Assembly: GCA_030390025.1 (NCBI GenBank)
Contig: CM059433.1
Coordinates: 27,096,001-27,160,000, forward strand
Length of the DNA stretch: 64,000 bases
Source of the DNA: Squalus acanthias
Lineage: Eukaryota
Direction of reading: 5' to 3'
Shown: one piece after another, positions 1 through 12,899 of the stretch
Layout: each line of letters starts with the position of its first letter
How positions within the stretch are numbered: position 1 is the stretch's first letter
The notes under the pieces: model-generated
The model's input: the letters and a program-made list of their open reading frames with translations, nothing else
Databases searched by the model: none
Told to the model about the DNA's origin: nothing
Program-made: the position numbers and the translations under genes

Positions 1-340
1 AAAGGATGTCATTTATGACTTTGATGTGAGCCGTTTCAGTACTATGGCAGGGGCGGAAACCTGATTGGAGGGATTCAAACATGGAGTTGCGGTAAAGATG
101 GGCACAGATTTGGGAGGCGACAACACGTACAAGGACTTTGGAGAAGAAAGGGAGGTTGGCGATGGGGCGGTAGTTTGCAAGGATGGAGGGGTCAAGGGTT
201 GTTTTTTTGAGGAGAGGGGTGATGACGGCAGATTTGACGGAGAAGGGGACAGTAACTGAGGAGAAAGAACCGTTAACAATGTCAGCTAACATGGGAGCCA
301 GAAAAGGAAGTTGGGTGGTCAGCAGTTTGTTGGGAATATG
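1..340 (-). mobile_element. L2-clade LINE fragment (RT region), runs off window
   Basis: Minus-strand translation gives ...KSAVITPLLKKTTLDPSILANYRPIANLPFFSKVL...FESLQSGFRPCHSTETA..., typical L2/CR1-group RT motifs. Boundary approximate. Confidence 0.8.
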
Positions 341-395
341 GTGTAGATTAAAAGATATAAGTGTTCCAAATTTTAAAACTAATTAATTAATTGAG

Positions 396-1340
396 ATGGG
401 AGACCAGGCAATGTGTTGTTGTTGTTGCATGTGGGAGCTCATGGACACCATTGAGGTCAAGGGCGACCACATCTGCAGCAAATGTTGGCTGCTCGAGGAA
501 CTTCGGCTCAGAGTTGATGAGCTGGAGTCGAGCTTCAGACACTGCGACACATTAGGGAGGGGGAGTGTTACCTGGACACTATGTTCCAGGAGGCAGTCAC
601 ACCCACTAGAATAATTACTTCCAATTTGGCCCATGGTCAGGGACAGGAGGGTGTGACTACAAGCGAGGCAGGTATTGGGATTCAGGAGGTAGTGGTGGAG
701 GAGCCTCAGCCCTTGGCCTTGTCCAACAGGTACGAGATTCTTGCTCCCTGTGTGGACGAGGCCAGGGACTGCAGGGAGGGTGAGCAAACTGACCACAGCA
801 CCGTGGTACAGGGAGCCATTCAAGTGGGGGGAGCAAAAAGAAATGTTGTAGTGATTGGGGACAGTATAGTGAGGGGGATAGATACTGTTCTCTGCAGCTG
901 AGAGCGTGAGTCCCGAAGGCTATGTTGCCTGCCCGGTGCCAGGGTTAGGGACATCTCCTCTGGGCTGCAGAGAAACTTGGAGTGGGAGGGGGAAGATCCA
1001 GTTGTCATGGTCCACGTAGGTACCAATGACATAGGTAGGACAAAGAAAGAGGTTCTGCTGAGAGAGTATGAGCAGCTAGGGGCTAAATTAAAAAGCAGAA
1101 CCACAAAGGTAATAATCTCTGGATTACTACCTGAGTCACGAGCGAATTTGCATAGGGTAAATAAGATCAGAGAAATGAACGAGTGGCTCAAAGACTGGTG
1201 TGGGAGAAATGGGTTTCGATTTGTGGGGCACTAGCACCAGTACTGGGATAAGAGGGAGCTGCTCCGTTTGGACGGGCTTCACTTGAACCATGCTAGGGCT
1301 AGAGTCCTGGCAAATCGAATAACTAGGGCTGTAGAGAGGG
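396..1340 (+). pseudogene. CR1 ORF1p remnant: zinc-finger/leucine-zipper N-terminus plus SGNH/GDSL esterase domain
   Basis: CxxCxMWE...HICSKCWLLEELRLRVDELE; VVVIGDSIVRG; CLPGARVRDIS; VMVHVGTNDIG; broken by frameshifts and stops (e.g. TGA at 899-901, TAG at 1232-1234). Confidence 0.85.
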
Positions 1341-2352
1341 TGTAGCAGTCGGCGCAGACTCCATGGATTTTTAGATTATGAACATATACCCTTTTAAAAA
1401 CTGGACAGGCTGTTTGGGGGGAAGCAGTGAAAAACCACTCAAGCTGAAGGTGGCTCACGTAACCAGGTTGCATTCATATGGTAACGAACTGTCCTTGGGA
1501 ACAATGGCCCGAGAGGCCCACTCCCAAGTCTTGAATAACAAAGCTGGCGACTCATTGTTTCTGGAGAAGATGAACTCATTAAGTTAATCAGCTGGGAGAT
1601 CGAAACGAGATTTAAACCATCCAAACCTGGGAGGAAGCCTGGAAACCATTTCCCTGAGGCCATGTGTCCATTAAAACCACAGACAGCGGTCTGTGTATTG
1701 GAGGGGTATATTAGAGAGCAGTTTGGATAGCTCTCTCTCTCTCTCCTGCCCTCCACACAACGGAACGTCAAGAGGAGCTGAGCCTTGCTCTTCCAACCGA
1801 GACGGACTTCGATTAAGGCTGGGACTCGCATATTGCAAGGCCGGTACGGAACCAGGTAGCCGAGACGTACGGGAGGAAGCTGCAAGCAAGATCAAAGGGC
1901 AATCTAGGTGAGCATTGCCAAGCCTACACACCCACAAGATCACTTAGCTGTGTGAGAGGGTGCCTGTATGTTCCTACCAAACCAGAGGGGGTTTAGCGTT
2001 GGAAGGGTCCTGTGATAGTTTAGTTCACGGGAGGGTGCTTTTAGGCCGTGGTAAGTCAGCACGGCAGGGGCTTGTTGGACAAGTCAGGGTTGTACTGTTT
2101 TAAACTGTACGGTTGTGTTCACACCGCTCGTACTGTATACAAGTGGAGTGGTTTTTGTCAACCTTAATAAACACTGTACGGGTGAGCCCGAAAACGCTGT
2201 CTGTGTTCAAATCTGTCCTCAGTAATCCCTATCGTCCAGAACTTGTAGTAAGGGGGTTTGCGTGCTCGCTACGGGTGGGGTGAAACCACTTACAATAATT
2301 GACGATTGCGGCAGGGGCCATAGGAAATTGGCCACCGCAAAAACCGGTTACA
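1341..2352 (+). mobile_element. Solo LTR (1012 bp), probably Gypsy-type
   Basis: Ends TGTAGC...GTTACA; 4-bp TSD AGGG at 1337-1340 and 2353-2356; AATAAA at 2166-2171; splits an otherwise contiguous CR1. Superfamily assignment is inferred from the 4-bp TSD only. Confidence 0.8.
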
Positions 2353-2539
2353 AGGGCTTTAAACTAAATAGTGGGGGGGAGGATCCAGGTGAGCGGGAAA
2401 ATAAAAAGTCAATGAGAAATGAGAAAGCAATAGAGCAGGCTAGAGATGGGGGAAATAATAACCAGAGTGTGACAGGAAGGGACAGAATGTTTAAAAATAA
2501 GAATGTGACAGAAAAAAAAAGCCAAAACAAGGAAAAATG

Positions 2540-3623
2540 GTAAAAAGACAAAGTTAAAAGCTCTATATCTGAATGCACGCAGCATTCGTAACAAGATAAA
2601 TGAGTTGACGGCACAAATAGATACAAATGGGTATGATCTGATCGCTATTACAGAGACGAGGTTGCAAGGCGACCAGGGCTGGGAACTGAATATTCCAGGG
2701 TATATGATAATTCGGAAGGATAGAAAGAAAGGAAAGGGAGGTGGGGTGGCTTTGTTGGTAAAAGATGGGATCAGAGCAGTGGTGAGAAGTGATATTGGCT
2801 CAGAAGATCAAGATGTAGAATCGGTTTGGGTGGAGATAAAAAATAATATGGGGAAAAAGTCTTTGGTGGGCATAGTCTACAGGCCCCCGAACAGTAGCAA
2901 TGCTGTTGGACAGAGTATAACTCAACAAATAATGGAGGCCTGTAAAAAAGGTACGGTAATAATCATGGGTGATTTTAATCTCCATATTGATTGGACAAAT
3001 CAAATTGGCCATGGTAGCCTGGAGGAGGAGTTCATAGAGTGCATCCGGGATGTTTTCCTAGAACAGTATGTAATGGAACCAACCAGGGAGCAGGCTATCT
3101 TGGATCTGGTACTATGTAATGAGACAGAATTAATAAATGATCTCGTAGTAAAGGATCCTCTAGGAAAGAGAGATCATAGCATGGCTGAATTTCAATTCAG
3201 TTGGAGGGTGAGAAAGTTGTATCCCAAACCAGTGTCCTGATCTTAAACAAAGGCAATTATAATGGCATGAGGGCAGAACTCGCTAAAGTGGACTGGAAAA
3301 ACAAATTAAAGGGTAAGAAATTTGAAATGCAGTGGCGGACATTTAAGGAGATATTTCATAACTCTCAACAAAAATATATTCCAGTGAGAAACAAAGATTT
3401 TAAGAGAAGGGAGCACCATCCGTGGCTAACTAAGGAAGTAAAGGATGGTATCAAATTGAAAACGAAGGCATACAATGTTGCCAAGATTGGTGGGAGACCA
3501 GAGGATTGGGAAATTTTTAAAAACCAGCAAAGTATGACTAAAAAAATAATAAAGAGAGAGAAGATGAAGTATGAGAGTAAGCTGGCAAGAAACATTAAAA
3601 CAGATAGTAAGAGCTTCTACAGG
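2540..3623 (+). pseudogene. CR1 ORF2 remnant, apurinic-like endonuclease domain and linker
   Basis: LYLNARSIRNK...DLIAITET...RKDR..GKGGGVAL...IVYRPPN...IIMGDFN...LDLVL...DH; frameshift near 3200; ends before the RT domain. Confidence 0.9.
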
Positions 3624-3624
3624 T

Positions 3625-3790
3625 AAAATTTTACACAGAGCCACATAAGGAGATGTTAGGACAGGTGACCAAAAGGTTGGTTAAAGACGTAGGTTTTAAG
3701 GATCGACTTAAAGGAGAGAGAGGTAGAGAGGAGAAGAGGTTTAGGGAGAGAATTCCAGAGCTTAGGGCCTAGACAGCTGAAGGCATCACC
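3625..3790 (-). mobile_element. L2 LINE 3'-end fragment
   Basis: Minus strand reads ...CCTTCAGCTGTCTAGGCCCTAAGCTCTGGAATTCTCTCCCTAAACC...CCTTAAAACCTACGTCTTTAACCAACCTTTTGG (AF...P.LWNSLP...LKTY.F), an L2 C-terminal signature. Confidence 0.7.
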
Positions 3791-4219
3791 TCCCATGAAA
3801 AGGAAAATGGGACACTTGGGCAGTCAGGTTTTCAACAGAGGAAGCTAAAAATGCAGGATGTCAATTTTTGCAGTTAGAAGTAATCTGAAAGAAAGTTAAT
3901 GCCAAAAGAGACGGTGCATGTAGTTTAGATTGAGCTAAGTGGAACTTGCTTTGACTGTTACTCTGTATGTTCACTTGCTGTCAGTGAGTGAAAGAAAGCA
4001 ATTATCGATTTATATTTGACCCTGTTTTACCAAGTATTCTCATTTTGCCTTTGAAAAGATTGAAGAAGTACATGTGAGGAGCATGTGCAAAAGACACAAT
4101 ATCCAGTTTAGACCATGAGGGTCCTTTTGTTACACTCTTGGGTTATGCTATCGTACAGTTAGATATTTGGTCACACCCCTAAAAAGAAGACACTCCGACA
4201 TTGGTTTAATCATTTTGAG

Positions 4220-4960
4220 CTAGGGGACCAGATACGCATGTGACAATTGCCTCGCTATTAACCCCCCCCCCCCCGCTCCCCCATGGCGGGCGGGAGAGTG
4301 TTGGGGGGGGGGTGGGCGTGAAAATGAAAAAGCGGGGAACACGTCCCCACCTGCCGCATACACATTTTCCGACATTTTCACGGCGGCGTTTTTTCTGCCA
4401 TGGAAAGGCGGAACACTCCATATTAACTTATTTAAGTGCAACTGGGAGCCCGATTTAAATTTAACAGTTGCCGTGCAGGTTTCCCAGGGTTCGGCAAATC
4501 TGGCAGTAAAAAGGAGGCAGGAGCTGCCGACTCAAGGAGGTAAATGTCTTTTATAGCACTCCTTGTGGGCCAGGAGGAGCCTCCCCTCTGCCGATTGCGG
4601 GCTTTCTGTTCCCCCTGCCACGATCACGGCCCCCCTCCAGCACCGAAGTCCGACCTTCCCCCCTCCTGCGATGGACTCTCTCTCCCCTCCCCCCTGAAGC
4701 CCCGATCTCCAACCTTCCCCCCTTCTGATTGCTGGGGACCGTCCCCAACTGTCCCCGGCTGCAACCTCGTGCCGCTGGTTCTCGCTCCTGGCAACCGGCA
4801 GCTTTTCAATTTTGGTGGCTGCTGGGCAGGAAACGTTAAATTTGGCAGGACCTCCGTGTCTCTGGCCATTTTCATTTTCCCCCACATCCCATTGATATCG
4901 GGGCCAATGAGTGGGCCATATATGATTAAAGAAATGCAAGGCCCCCTTAGGCAGAAAATC
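4220..4960. mobile_element. GC-rich non-coding DNA-transposon (MITE-like) remnant
   Basis: Abrupt GC/CpG-rich block in AT-rich intron, with motifs resembling the elements at 7110-8168 and 15465-16450; TIR/TSD not resolved. Confidence 0.35.
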
Positions 4961-5792
4961 CAAACATCCCATACACGAATTACAAGCCCCTTATATAAAA
5001 CTTCAAACTGCTATACCAAAAATGTTCCCATTCACAAATAATCCAACCTGTATTCACAAGAAATGTGAGTCCCATACACACAAAAATCCAAGCCCAACAT
5101 ACATAAAAGATGACCTTTTCTGAGACCCATGCTACTGGCAGGACCTTGCAAATAACGCTCAGCTTATGAGAAAATCATGGATGAACTGTCTGCTATTTTC
5201 CAGTAAGGCACCTGTTTCAAGCAAGATTCCACTGATGGCAAGTGGTCTCAGAAAACGTTTTCCAAAAAATCCAAGCTTTCCCCCCACCGCATACAAAACA
5301 TGAGACTTCTACACATAAAAATAATCAATGTTTCATACATTAAAAATCCCAGCATCTTTCCTGTTCCCTCCTGCTCTGAAGTTGGAAACATGGAGGTTAG
5401 TATCTTTGGAAGCTCACCAGGGATGGACCAGGGTTTCTTACCCTTTTTATATCAGATAATCTTAAATTTCTAACTGTCTATTTTCCATATTCAAATCTAA
5501 AATATTTTCAAAACTACAAAGTACCATATACATTGACAAAAAATCCTTAAAAAGATTCTTATTTATTGCTAGCTCCTATAAATGTGTGGTTTTACTGAGC
5601 CATTTGTTCTTCTGCATTAGACCTGCTATGAAGTGAGAAAAATTACAGATGAAAATAGAAAACAAACTGAAATAATTTCAGTATAATAATGAACACTATT
5701 GCAGGTGTTATTAGCATCTCATGGACAGCTTTTCATTAATTAACATGTAAGTACCTTTTCTTTTGGATTGAAAGTATCTTTATATATAATAC

Positions 5793-5846
5793 CTTGGATC
5801 CTGGTTGTCCTCGTGAACCAGATACACCTGGCAGTCCCATTTCACC
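5793..5846 (-). CDS. col21a1: Collagen triple-helix exon, 54 nt, GEMGLPGVSGSRGQPGSK (COL21A1-like)
   Basis: tttcttttgcactag|GGT GAA ATG ... GGA TCC AAG|gtatta: polypyrimidine tract, AG/GT, phase 0, six Gly-X-Y triplets. Collagen call is strong; the gene symbol rests on my recall of the human COL21A1 register and is less sure. Confidence 0.85.
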
Positions 5847-7109
5847 CTAGTGCAAAAGAAAAAAATTGACACATCTGTTATTGAAATGAGAAATGAGAAC
5901 AAAATGTTAAATTTACGGCCTTGGAATTATGCTCTGCAAAGATTAGTGAAGAATGCTTAATGTATTGATATGAAATTCATTTGACCACAATTTTAATGGT
6001 GGATTGATCCATTTATTTTAATAAGCATTCATTCCTAATCTTTGCATAGCACAATTTCAATGCCTATCTATGCAATATATAAAAATTGTATATCTGTATG
6101 CACTTCATGCATACAAAATCTTACATCCTCTTGTCATGTTTTTCTTGCAGTTCTATGTCAACTTATTCCATAATAAATTCTTAAGTCTACTTGCCATGCT
6201 GTAATTACATCCTCCTGGCACTGGTGGTGCTATAGCACAGTTTTGCAACTCCCAGCTCCTCAGACCGTACTGCAGAAAAACTCGATTGCTCTGCCTTCCA
6301 AATTGCCCTAAATTTTTACCATTTAACTACAAATAAGAATATCAAATCAATTTAGTGTAACATTTCTGACTGAATTATGTCTGTGTGCCCAGGGTCAATT
6401 ATTCTCTGCCCTCTAATGCTACTTCACCGAAAGTGGTTTTGGCTCCCCAAGCATAACCACCCTGGTGACTAAATAGTGCATCTAATTTGTCTGTTCACTT
6501 ACTAATTAATCTGGAATCCTCAATGCAATTTGCCAAAAAGCAGTCATGTGGCAAAAACTTTCAAAAGGACTGCAGACTACAGGTTTATAGAAACCATCTT
6601 AAACTTGATAATAATGTCTTTAATTTCAGCGATATACCATATTATCTGATTTTGTAAAATTTGAAGAAATATATTCATATATTCATATTAAGCAGAAAAT
6701 ATTTTATAATCTGTTAACCTACTGGTCATACCATGTAGTCGTAATGTTAAAGAACAATAATTTTATTAACAGGCAGTTCAAAATCGAGACGGGACTACTT
6801 TATTTCATCTTGTAAGTGTAGCTCTCTACCTATTACGGTACAATTTACTTCATACGTTCTTATATTTTACTTTATAACTTAAAATACTTCAGTGCCCTCT
6901 GGTCTCTTAGTTCTAGGCTTCAACTAACCCACTTGGTAACTGCAGGCTCATGTATATAGATGGTTACTACCATCAAAGGATGCAGTGACTGAGTTGCCGG
7001 CATCTCCCTTGAACAAAGGTGTGTCTGGCAGGGTTATTCAGGCTGGCTTCCTCTATCCTTCTGTACTTTTCCCATACAGGACTAAAGCTCAAGTCAAGGT
7101 TCACAGTCC

Positions 7110-8168
7110 GTGGAGTTGATTTTAACCCCAAGTGGGTTCCGAGTGGGTGGTGGATGGTGCAAGTGCCCAGTTTCAGGGGTATTTTAAGTCTGGGTCTCAT
7201 CCACATGCTCCCGGCCAGCTGCTTGCCTGAAACGGGGGCGTAAACAGCAGCTGGCCGGCGGGCAGGAGAGCAAGTTTGGGCAGTTGGAGGCCACCGAACG
7301 GTACTAAGGAAAGAGTCACTGGCAAGCAGGTAAGTCATGGGGCGGGCTTTTCAGGAGGGTCTTACAGGAGAGAAGCAGGGGTGGTGGGACAGAAGAGGCC
7401 GCCACTTTCATAAGGAGCCAAGCGGATCACTCCTGCTCTGCCTGGACCCAGAAAGAAATGCCTTTGATCCACAAATAAAATGCCCGAGTACCTGGTGGTC
7501 CAGGAGGTACGGAGACTAATGGTCCTGGGCCTCCCCGGGTACACGTGGGTAAAGGCCCACGTATCCCACAGGCGCACGAGGTTCGCAAGTGCCCCATGGA
7601 TCACGTGGGCCAGCCCAACGAATGAAAGAAGGGGATCCCCATTCATGCATATGGGGATTCCATATGTACAAAATCCCCATAAGTATGAATGGGAATACCC
7701 CAAAATATACCTCTACACTTCAAATAAATAAAAAAAATCACATATTTAAAATTAATTAAAATGGCATTTAATTAAATAGTTAAAGCAAAAATTTATTTTT
7801 TGAAAAATAAATTTACATGTTTTCAAGGGGTTAAAAATAAACTTACCTTATTTCACAGGTATTTAAATATATAAAATATTGCTAAAATTTTATTTTTCTG
7901 TTTTTTAAAACTCTTATGCTGGTAAAGGCAGGCTTTACACCTGCTTTTACCAGGCTTAAGAATTTCACAGGCATTCGCTGGGCAGAAGTTAGGCAAATAG
8001 TCCAACTCTCGCCCGCGGATGCTCTTTTCCCAGGGATGCGGAGGATCTGTCAAGTGAATTCTTGGCAGAACACAAGTTCCTGGTTTTAGCGCATGCCTAA
8101 ACCCGGAACTTGCGTGGCCCCTCCCTATGGGTGCATACACACCCGTATGGGCCGCAAATTACGGCCCA
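7110..8168. mobile_element. Harbinger-like non-autonomous element (MITE)
   Basis: Imperfect terminal motifs GGAGTTGATTTT...AAATTACGGCCC resembling the GGGN..AATT TIRs of other Harbingers here; GC-rich ends, no ORF. Confidence 0.4.
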
Positions 8169-8182
8169 TAATTTTATACACC

Positions 8183-9035
8183 TCAATTAAGTCTTAACTC
8201 AGCCTCTCTGTTCCAAAGAAAACAACCCCAGCCCATCCAATCTTGCCTCATAGCTAAAATTCTCCAGTCCTGGCAACTCGTAAATCTCCTCTGTACCCTC
8301 TCTAGTGCAATCACATCTTTCCTGTAATGTGGTGACCAGAGCTGTACGCAGTACTCTAGCTGTGGCCCAACTAGTGTTTTATACAGTTCAACCATAACCT
8401 CTTGTATTCTATGCCTTGGCTAATAAAGGAACGTATCCCGTATGGCTTCTTAACCACCTTATCTACCTGTCCTGCTACTTTTCAGGGATCTGTGGACATG
8501 CACTCCAAGGTCCCTTTGTTCCTCTACACTTCTTGTGTATTCCCTTGCCTTGTTAGCCCTCCCCAAATGCATTACCTCACACTTCACCGGATTGAATTCC
8601 ATTTGCCGCTTTTCTGCCCACCTGACCAGTCCATTGATATCTTCCTGCAGTCTACAGCTTTCTTCCTCACTATCAACCACATGGCCAATTTTTGTATCAT
8701 CTGCAACCTTCTTAATCATGCCCTCTACATTGAAGTCTAAATCATTTCTACCATAAAAAGCAAGGGACCTAGTACTGAGCCCTGCAGAACCCCACTGGAA
8801 ACAGCCTTCCAGTCGACCATTATACTTTGCTTGCTGCCACTGCGCCAATTTTGGATCCAACTCGCCACTTTTCCTTGGATCCCGTGGGCTTTTACTTTTC
8901 TGACCAGTCTGCCATGTAGGACCTTGTCAAAAGCTTTGCTAAAATCCATGTAGACTACATCAAACGCGCTATCCTCATCGACTCTCCTTGCTACCTCCTC
9001 AAAAAATTCAATCAAGTTAGTTAGACACAACCTTC
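8183..9035 (-). mobile_element. CR1 LINE RT fragment
   Basis: CLTNLIEFFEEV...DVVYMDFSKAFDKV.HGRL...ADDTKIG...QMEFNP.KCEVMHLGR...LEYCVQLWSP, with frameshifts. Confidence 0.9.
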
Positions 9036-9493
9036 CCAGTCCTAGGAAGTCAGTATGCAATTCCTGGGCTACATGGTTTGCTCCAGTTGACACAGCTTTG
9101 CATCTCCTGATGCTGGCCCTAGACTGAGTCACTGGCCTAGAAATTGGATGGTGATCCATTCGTTTTTCATGTGCAAAGTGGGCGGCTAAGCGTCCAACGT
9201 GGCAGACAGGGTTAGCGTGCTCATTATGCACTGAAAGTGTGTCACCCGCCATACTGGAGAAGGCAGAAAAAAAGATGTCCAGGGCCTGTTAGGAGCCCTG
9301 GCTGCGTTCAGGAAAACGTGCTCAACCTGCAGTCTAGGCATTGGTCCTCAATGGGACCGCAGGAGGCCACCACCAGAAGTGAATAAGTATTTGAAAAAGA
9401 AAAAAGTGAAAGGGTATGGGGAAAGGGCCAGTTCAGAGTTTCAGCACAGGCACAAAGGGCTGAATAGCTTTGTTCTGTACTGTAAAATTCTAT

Positions 9494-11100
9494 GGGGGAA
9501 AAATTTGTGTTTGCCAGCAAAGTTGCCACCGGCAATTGCAGTTAACAGCTGCTGGAAATGGCCGCAACACTAACCGAGTGAAATTGGTCTAGGGGGCATG
9601 AAGATAGATGGCGCAGCGCTCACCTTCCGTGCAACGCCGTCCTAGTGGCATTGCTGGAGGGATCCGGAACGAAGTTTCAGTCCAGGTCTGGCATTGCAGC
9701 TTCCTACAGCCTCTGTGAGCAAAGCTGTGGAGCTCACAGGGAATTGTGGGAAATGAAGAGGTCTGAGAATTAAAGAGGCCATGCACACTGAAGCAATACA
9801 AAATAAAATGCAGTGAATCAATACATTTTTCAGCCTTTTAAGACATATTCAATATTTAAAAGAAGTTCCAAATGTGAATATTCAGCTGTTAAAGCTGAAT
9901 TACCTTCCTAACCTCAACAAATGGGAAAACTGCCTCAGCACTAACACAAATGGCTCAGCAAGCCAAGGAAGGGGCACCGAGGGTCTTACACGCAGCACTC
10001 CAGCTTTGTGCAGGGGGGTCAACACTGCAAGAATGGCCCTCTACCCACAGAGGCCAGGAGACCCTCCAGAAAGAACGATGTGGGAGTATATCACTAAGGC
10101 CGTCAATGCCAGCAGTGTCGCCCCCACCATCTGGCTCCAGTGCCCAAAGAAGCTTCATGACCTCAGACCACTGGTCAAGGTCAGTAAATGCATCTTCAAA
10201 AGCCATCTCCTACCAACTGCACCACTAGCCTCACACACTGCTCAATGCACAACCCCCAATCACACATCTAGCAACAATCTGCACCAATGACGAGACACAT
10301 CTCCTATTCCTAGCCTCAACTCACCCCCTTGGATGAGACAGTGCAGGCCATTCTTGCCAGGGGCATGGTTGAGCCCTTGGCCAGCGGCGGGGCTGAAAGG
10401 ATACAAGATGCAGGTATCCTCGTATGGTATCCTCCTACTGGCATGCACCTCTTGCTTTCCTGCCCTCCCATCAGCACAACTCCACCCTTGTGCCTTCCTC
10501 ATTTCACAAACCCAAGAAATGCAGCCTGCCCAGCCAGTGGGACCACAGGCAGATGATTCCATCCCAGATATCCCGGCCACAAAGGGGCTGTCTGGGATGC
10601 ATCCTTCCGTCTGATTCTTTCTCTTCGGCTTCCTCCTCCTCTGCGTCTTCCTCTTCCCTCTGCAAGCAGATGCTGTAAATATGAAATGACAGCATAAAAT
10701 GCTGGAAATACTCAGTTGGTCAGGCAGCAAGTCGACCTGAGACGTAAACTCTGTTTTTCTCTCCACGGATGTTGCGTGACCTGCTGAGTATTTGCAGCAT
10801 GTTCTGTCTTCTCAAAGGCCTTCATTTACCATCCGAGCCCTTGAAAGCATCCAGCAGCACTCCCTACACACTTAAAAAACTTTTCACATCTAATGCAGCA
10901 AGCCACCACTTCAATAAAATCAAAAAAACCTAGTCCAAGCCCTTAAATTCAAACTTACCTGAATGATGTATGTGTCCCTTTAAGAGCTGCAGACATCGCC
11001 AGTATCAGCCTGCTTGCAATCTGCCGTGCTTAGGACCCAGCGCTGAATTCAGCGTTAGGGTCGAAGTTCGCATTGGTGACGTTAAGTTGGCGTTGATCAA
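9494..11100 (+). mobile_element. Non-autonomous Harbinger derivative (copy A): Myb/SANT pseudogene plus Penelope-derived insert replacing the transposase
   Basis: Left TIR GGGGGAAAAATT at 9494; ATGGCTCAGCAA Myb-like start at 9950 with ...WLQCPKKLHDLRPLVK|GTCAGT; colinear in reverse with 26712-29624. Right end approximate. Confidence 0.7.
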
Positions 11101-11881
11101 TGATATTTTCGCAAAAATGTCCATGGAAGAAATTTGAAAATATCCTTATTTAAACCTATGGGGTGATTTTTTCCCCTCAATGACTATGACCAGTGGAAAA
11201 ACAGAAAACTGTATGGTTTGGATGACTTCACCAAATCTATACAAATAGAACATTGTGTAAAATAAAGTTGTAGGAGAGGTCACCATTCCAGTTTAATCAA
11301 AATTCTATATGACAATATCGAATAATGTAGCAATATAGCCAAATAGTTTCTTTATACTGGGACACCTGTACATTGTCACTAAAATTTGGTTCTACATGTC
11401 ATGTGCTATTCACAAACCTATTTAAGGCATTATCTTTGAAGAGATTAATGGTTTTTGCTAAAAAGCAAATTCACTGAGCTCCACTATATTGCACTATGAC
11501 ACTGCGGAGTCTAAACTGAGCTGTGTAGCACCTACGCAGCCACATAGGATTGAAAATGGGGTCCGAGATGCGCGCGCGCACTTCTGACAGGAAATGTGCA
11601 AAGCGCCACCTTGGTAAAGGTTTACATGCATGTACCTAACGACTGCCAGCAACATGTAGAGCAGCGAGAAGATGACGCAAATCAGTGTGCAATGCTGCTT
11701 TGACACCAGCGCTCCCATTTTCGAACTCTACACTCCAGCCTAAACCCTGTCTTAACCTTGCACAGCTGAACATGATGTTAAATGGAGTGAAGGACTCCCC
11801 ACCAGTGCTATTTAAAGAGATCATGAACTACTTACAGGTTAGTTTCTGGATTATTTCTTCTGGGTGTTGGTGCAATTTTAA

Positions 11882-12774
11882 GGGGGAGAAATTCAGTATC
11901 GCCCCATTTGGGGCGCAATTATCGGCCGGGCGCAAAGATTAGCGCCTGGCGCTAATTATCGCCACCGACTGCAAACTTGACTTTTATCGCCCCTGGAGGT
12001 GATTGGAGCGCTAAATCAGGCGCTTCACACCTGTCTTAAGGCGCAAAGGCCGAGGAGCGAGGCGCTACCTCAGAGCGCTGGCGAAGCTCATGTAATGTCA
12101 GTCAGCAATGGAACACACACACAATGGCACGGGCCAGTTCTTAAAGGGGATGGTTAATCTTGCTTTCCATCCACATCCTGCTCATTGCAGCCTTGAATCT
12201 CGGCCTGGAGAGACCTGCACATCAAATCTGCTGGAAAGAACAATGGAGAGTACCAGGCAAAGAGCTCAGAGTGCAGCCCCCACAGTCTCTTCTAAATCGA
12301 TACAAGGAATGGCAAATCAAAATGAACCTGCAAAGTGCTGCTCAGTACCCAAAACTCCTTCACACAACGTTGAATCTCTCCAGAAGTCTCTCCCTCTCTC
12401 TCTCAGAATGCGTAGTTCAAAAATGGCACCAACAATAAAAGGCAGGAAGCGGTCACCTTTAAATAGCACTCCCCCTTTCCCTTCATGACTGCAGAACGCT
12501 CCCCTCAACCTGTCATTGCTAGCGTCAGGCGGTAAGGCAGGGAGCACCACTCAGTATCCGCTCCGGGGCGATACCGGGGCGTTGCGCACTCGACTGACGT
12601 CACGATCTGCCGGCGCAGGAGATCGTGGCGGTAGTGTTTAGCGCCACCGCAAAATGTCTAGTTAATTTCGCGAGCGGCGCAAACTTTGCCACGCCTGGGC
12701 GCTAGATGCTTTGCGCCCCATTAGCGCCCTCTTAAGGCGCTAACGGGAGGCGCAACCAATTGAATTTTTCCCCC
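11882..12774 (+). mobile_element. Harbinger MITE family, copy 1 (893 bp)
   Basis: TIR GGGGGAGAAATTCA / TGAATTTTTCCCCC; 3-bp TSD TAA (11879-11881, 12775-12777); near-identical to 23998-24878 and 32072-32958. Confidence 0.92.
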
Positions 12775-12899
12775 TAAGTCTTTTTGGAGCTTTTGTATAC
12801 TTGCCTAAAGTTTGAATAGTCTACAGGGAGTGGTGTGGCTCTTGCTGAAGTACTTTTTTGGTCATTTAAATCTTGTACTGAAACAATTTGCTTCCAGAC

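Larger units (their letters stand above)
342..3623 (+). mobile_element. CR1 LINE, 5' half (ORF1 + ORF2 endonuclease), 3'-truncated, interrupted by a solo LTR
   Basis: ORF1 and APE-endonuclease motifs in the correct order; removing 1341-2352 and one TSD copy restores GCTGTAGAGAGGG/CTTTAAACTAA, the end of ORF1. Confidence 0.9.

Noticed and set aside
5413..5450. Possible additional collagen exon (GGT...CCTGGTCCA...GTGAG on minus strand)
   Set aside because: No Gly-X-Y register in any frame and no polypyrimidine acceptor.
12108..12488. 110-126 aa ORF recurring in all three MITE copies (also 24221-24553, 32380-32733)
   Set aside because: Similarity follows from recent transposition; reading frames and C-termini differ between copies through indels and (CT)n slippage; no domain.
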